In this document: positions 8,129-12,307 of the stretch, in pieces
How positions within the stretch are numbered: position 1 is the first letter of the stretch
Layout of the letters: each line of letters starts with the position of its first letter
Program-made: the position numbers and the translations under genes
Notes under the pieces: generated by a model
Told to the model about the DNA's origin: nothing
The model's database searches: none
What the model saw: the letters and a program-made list of their open reading frames with translations, nothing else
DNA from: Octopus sinensis
Lineage: Eukaryota
Assembly (NCBI RefSeq): GCF_006345805.1
Contig: NW_021826633.1
Location: 1 to 12,307 of the forward strand
Reading direction: 5' to 3'
DNA length: 12,307 bases

Positions 8129-9592
8129 ATCTAGAGGGAATCATCCCAAGTCGCAGCTCCCGCTAAACAAGACCTGTAGGGCGGTGATCAACAACGGCGG
8201 GGCCTTCTTAAAGAGGGCCATAGGGATCCGATCCAGACCCCCGCAGTGTTCTTACTTCGGGAGATCGCTGCCAGATCTCCGCTTCGGAATATCGCCTGCA
8301 TCGTTCCTTGATATTGCCCAGCTGGCAGCGCTTGTCCCACGACAATATCTGCTGGACAGTATCAAAGGACGATGTCTCCACGAACTGGCTTCCGTCAGTT
8401 CCAGAGATGTTATCGAGTGGGTCGAAATATTTCAGCCACCTCAACCGGGTCCGAAACGAGGGTTCCATCAGAGCGTTTAAGGCGCACTGAATTTGCTACC
8501 CTCTCCCCGACAGGCTCTTCAACTGTTTCCAGAAGTCCGGAAGCGGGCGTCTACGCGTCTGCAGGCTCGCTCCCACCGTGAACTTTCAAGTTCGCGGATT
8601 TCTCTTCTGATCTCCCTCTGAAGCCGGCTAATTCAGCCACGAAACCAAACACGGTTTTCCTCGTAAACGCATTTGTCCCGTAGTCTGGATAGCCGGCGCT
8701 TAAACTTAATTTTATTTAAGACCCGGTATGGCAGCGTGGAACCCTGCACTGAGTTCTGTTTGAAATTATCTCGCATATAATCAGTCAGGGCAGCATTGAT
8801 TCCATTATCTAACGCCTCCAACTCACGTATATTGGCACAGGTATTCCCCACCAGAAGTGAGGGCAACCTGCTGGCCATGAACCTCTCCAGGTTGGCCCAA
8901 GAACCCGACCGGAGGTCGAAGTATCCCGGAACCCTTTGAGGACTGGCTCGCGGAGTTCGTGCAATAGAGGCAGATGGTCGCTTCCAATATCGGGCAATAA
9001 AATTGTTTTACTAACCCAATTAGCATTCCAGGACTGACCAGAGCAAGCCCTAGCCAGTCTAGTCCGCCTCGCGAATCGATGTGGTTTGGCTCACTTGAAG
9101 TCCGGATTTCCAACCCGAGGTCTTCAACCAGCGTCTTCAGAGCTAAACCATGCGCGTTGGTTACCCTGAAACCAAGCTCTATGTGCTTGGAATTCAGGTC
9201 TCCAACAACCATCGCCTTCGGATGCTTTCCAAAGAACTCCCGTACGTGCCAGGAACACGCCGTAAAGTTCTTCGAATACATCGCCCCTAGGTAAAATGTA
9301 AGGTTACCTATACAAATCCTTACTTGAAGGAATTCGCATAGGCTACAAGAACATAAACCTGAACTTTGCAAGGTGAGGTACGGCTTGTAGAAGAGGCTAG
9401 TTCCCGTGCCACATATTGATCCCTGTTTCCAGGGTATGTGACAACAGTTGTAGCCATTAACTACGTACGGACCCCCCTTTACCTTCGTTTCGTTGACCAC
9501 CAGAATGTCCGCACTCGTGGTTGCCAACATCCTCTGAACGGCGTCTCCTTTACCGGACAAGGAGCGCGCGTTCACCGATATAATGTTGAGCA

Positions 9593-10850
9593 TCATATCG
9601 GTTCCTCGCCAAGGATCTTCTTGGCCTCAGCCATGTTGCAATGTAGCATATCTGCTACACTGCACTTCGTCGCCCTACATAATTTTAGTAGGCGCAACAC
9701 AACTGCACCTTAGGACTAATGGTGTCCTGGGGAGCACGCTCGCCAGGGGGGGAGTGCGGTGGCATTTCCACGTATGGAGGACGCCTTTTCCACCCGAGGT
9801 TTTGCTGGGCGGTATCAACTGTAGCCCACTCGGAAGGCTTAGCACGCTTCGGCATCCGAACTGACTCGGATGTTATTAGCGGCTCAGTCGACTTTGTCGG
9901 CGAAGGTGGTACCGACCCGCTCGCAATGTGGCTTGCAGGCTTCACAGGCCTCGCCACCGAAGCAGTCTTGGGTGGTTTGGACAGCTTTGCCCGCCTGCCG
10001 GTTGTGGCCCAGGAGCTGCGACGCTAGCCGCGCGACTTACCTTCGAGATTACACCCGCACCTACCTTTCGGGTTGCCTCCTTGAACTTGGGGCAACCTTT
10101 GAAGTTGGCACTGTGTCCTAACTTACCACAGTTGACACAGTACCTCTTCGTAGGTGGCGAGGGGCATGCCTTGCGACCATGGTCCCCACCGCAGGTCAGG
10201 CACTTCGCCTTCTCAGGACACCTCGTGCTTATGTGCCCGAAACCCTGACACCGAAAGCATTGAATGGCTTTCGGACGGGGCCGGACAGCACGGAGCCTAA
10301 CGTAGCCGACCCTCGTACCCAGCAGTATGAGGCGCTCGGCTTCCGCAGGAGATCCCAACGTGACCTCCACCACTTCAAGAGGCCGGTAGCCTTGCTTGAA
10401 GCGTGCAATAACAGAGGTGCTGAGGTATTCCCGCTGCAGGTGCTCTAAAAGGTCGTTATCCTCGAAGTCCCGGGGGACCCCTAGGAGGAGGACTCTTACC
10501 TGCCCTACCTTGCGTTCGAACCTGACAAGCCGATTCATGCCACAGGTGGGAAAGACCTCTAGTCGTGCTACCACGCCGAAGGTAATTCTACCCCCGGCGC
10601 GGGCTGTCTTCCTCTGGTGTGCATCCACCTCTGGAGACGGGTTAGCAGTACCTAAACTGTTAGAGACCGGACGGCAAGCGACACGTTTAGGTTTCCCCAC
10701 GGTACGCCAGCCGTCCTCACCGGTTACCTGAATATGTTAAACATCGCCTCCTGTTCGATTTTTGTTGATTAGCATCTTCCGAGATCGTTTTGCACCATTC
10801 TTTTCTCCTTTAGTATTGTTGCTTTTTTGTACCACAGGAAACAACACCAT
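9593..10850 (-). pseudogene. LINE A ORF1 (Gag-like nucleic-acid-binding protein)
   Basis: RRM-like region followed by CFRCQGFGHISTRC, CLTCGGDHGRKAC, CVNCGKLGHSANFKGC (10092-10259); P/S-rich C-terminus reached via frameshifts; upstream ATG at 10850 is in frame but separated by TAA at 10737-10739; the true start is uncertain. Confidence 0.88.
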
Positions 10851-11521
10851 GCTTGCACGCTACCGAAAATAAAAAAACAAATGCCTTGGCTGAAGACTAA
10901 GCTATGGATTTGGACAGTCGTGAGTTCGATTCCAAAGGAGGCAGTTTTCATCCTGGGGTCAATTCTCGTTATCTTTCCCCTGCCCGTGAGGCAACGAGTA
11001 CTTCTGGCACGACACAGTTGGAAATGGGGATCTCTTACCTTCCGGTCTTAGCGTGGCGTTATGGGGTCCACCATGTCAGTTGGAAAATTCCATTCGGATA
11101 TGGCAACGCTCAGGAGGCACTTAATGCCTACCGAAAAAGGACTTCTAGATCTCATCATCGACCCTGGGACATCGTCGTCTCAGGCCGATCATGCGGGCAG
11201 GATCGAACCTTTCAGTAGGATCTCCCTCGTTTGGATCGGCGATCACGGGGATTATTATAATTAACTGGCTTACCCGTCTTTGGTCTTTAATAAATGTGGT
11301 GTGTTATAGCGTCCGGCCCGTTTATATCGTCCGGGGTGATGATCTACATTAATCATCTTTAATCATTTGTTAAACATCTTTAACACGAACGACTAAGATG
11401 AATACAAATAAAAAAAGAACACAGAGTTCAGAATATAGTAATGGAAGGTATCTTACCAAAACTATACATGATCTATTGCTATTGAATTGTTTATTTTCTA
11501 TGTAACAAACTCGTCACTAGA

Positions 11522-11786
11522 TTAAAAGGGGGAGAGAAGAGCCAAACGAAACCAAGGAGACGGAAGAAACAAGTTTGTTTGCTGATTTTGTATAGTCTGA
11601 GAAATCATAGACAAAGGGTCCACTTCTTGAATCTTAGCTAGCTGCTCTTTTAACTTCTCAGGTACTTCCTCTCTTGGAATCAGATTGCCATCACTGGACT
11701 TGAGTTTTATCTCTCCACCCTTTTTATCAGAACTCATCTTTGAGAAAAGTTTCCAAAAATTCGGATTTTTATGAGAGAGTTTAGAG
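11522..11786 (-). pseudogene. Non-LTR ORF2 linker fragment (family B-like), cut by hAT insertion
   Basis: SKLSHKNPNFWKLFSKMSSDKKGGEIKLKSSDGNLIPREEVPEKLKEQL; FWK linker motif, similar to the fragment at 12207-12307. Confidence 0.7.
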
Positions 11787-12009
11787 CAGGGGTGTCAAAC
11801 TCATTTCTTCCGCGGGCCGGATTAAAAAAATTTTAGGCTCCGCGGGCCAGACTATTTATTTTTGATTTAACAAAATCATACTATGATTTTTAATTTATAT
11901 TTAATTTAAAATCATTTAACAAAAACATTTATTATTTTTATAATTGAAATATGTTCCAGAAACTTGACATCTTTTTTTCCTTCATAATAGCGTCAATATC
12001 TGGAGTGAA
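11787..12009 (-). mobile_element. 3' end of a second Buster/Charlie-type hAT
   Basis: TIR caggggtgtcaaactca preceded by the NNNTANNN site gtttagag (11779-11786); cgcgggcc at 11811 and 11841; minus-strand transposase C-terminus FTPDIDAIMKEK/RCQVSG. The other end is not in the window. Confidence 0.88.
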
Positions 12010-12307
12010 TACTAAATACTAACAGAAAAACCCGGATTGACGAATCTTTGGGAAAACTTATAAAATGGAAGGGAAACCTTGAAAAGAAGCTAAGACGATG
12101 CAGTGACCCCATAGATCGTATTCGTCTTCGGGATAAGATTCGTACCGTGAAAATAGAGATAAATGATGTCGCAAAAAAACATTCAGACCTTGCTTGGAAG
12201 AGTCCATGCTCGAACTGAATAAGAAAAACCCTCATTTTGGAAGGTTTTCAACAGACTGAGTAATATGGAGAACAAAGGAGAAGAGATCCGACTAAAACAA
12301 CTGAAGA
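12010..12307 (+). pseudogene. Non-LTR ORF2 linker fragment (family B-like), runs off the window
   Basis: RKTRIDESLGKLIKWKGNLEKKLRRCSDPIDRIRLRDKIRTVKIEINDVAKKHSDLAW/EESMLELNKKNPHF/WKVFNRLSNMENKGEEIRLKQ (two 1-nt shifts). Confidence 0.75.

Larger units (their letters stand above)
5602..9596 (-). pseudogene. LINE A ORF2 (APE endonuclease-reverse transcriptase), frameshifted and interrupted by a hAT at 6691-8136
   Basis: APE: NIISVNARSL, VVNETK, VVGDLNSKH, DIGSDHLP; RT: IPSRWK, YRPISLLPTVSKILERI, QWGFREGRS, LDIEKAFDSVWH, GVPQGSVLSPTLFN, ICADD, TYLGVLF, TYGVHAW. The 3' end coordinate is approximate. Confidence 0.93.
5430..11461 (-). mobile_element. Apparently full-length Jockey-like non-LTR retrotransposon (LINE A), about 4.6 kb without the inserted hAT
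   Basis: Gag-like ORF1 with 3 zinc knuckles, ORF2 APE plus RT, no RNase H seen; 3' AATAAA then a TTCC-like tail; flanked by exact 12-bp direct repeat ctatacatgatc at 5418-5429 and 11462-11473. Confidence 0.88.

Noticed and set aside
6123-10731. Numerous plus-strand ORFs in the track (6123-6338, 8184-8480, 9079-9294, 9438-10248, 10179-10731)
   Set aside because: Antisense shadows of GC-rich LINE A coding sequence with no recognisable domains.
10922-11209. tRNA or SINE B-box-like motifs (gagttcgattcc at 10922-10933; ggttcgatcc on the minus strand at 11209-11200)
   Set aside because: No T-stem pairing, A box or cloverleaf around either.
10904-11264. Antisense ORFs in the LINE A 5' region (ORF0-like)
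   Set aside because: No recognisable motif, and this length is unremarkable in GC-balanced DNA; would need conservation across copies.
11264-11461. HDV-like ribozyme at the LINE 5' end
   Set aside because: The region is AT-rich and I could not find the nested double-pseudoknot pairings by eye; a covariance or motif search would be needed.

Overview
AT-rich eukaryotic window (standard genetic code) that is mostly a nest of transposable elements around one clear host gene. Left to right: the decayed 5' end of an APE-type non-LTR element (probably Ingi/Vingi-like) starting with a 2A-like 'StopGo' motif; a 20/21-bp array with 41-bp higher-order structure directly before a truncated IS630/Tc1-type transposase; a possible RT thumb fragment; an AP-1 sigma-subunit gene with three 25-26-nt introns and three single-base frameshifts, all in mononucleotide runs; the 3' end of a pogo/Tigger element; and an older LINE fragment (family B). 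LINE B was invaded by a 596-bp MITE (ATAT TSD) and by an apparently full-length Jockey-like LINE A (5430-11461, 12-bp TSD, TTCC-type tail), which itself carries an internally deleted Buster/Charlie hAT with an exact 8-bp TSD. The window ends with two more family-B LINE fragments flanking a second hAT end. All translations and alignments were done by eye; family assignments rest on remembered motifs, not database searches. Many frameshifts lie in homopolymers, so assembly error cannot be separated from decay. I found no clear new multi-gene system; the most unusual signals are the micro-introns, the 2A-like motif, the repeat array and the LINE A tail.
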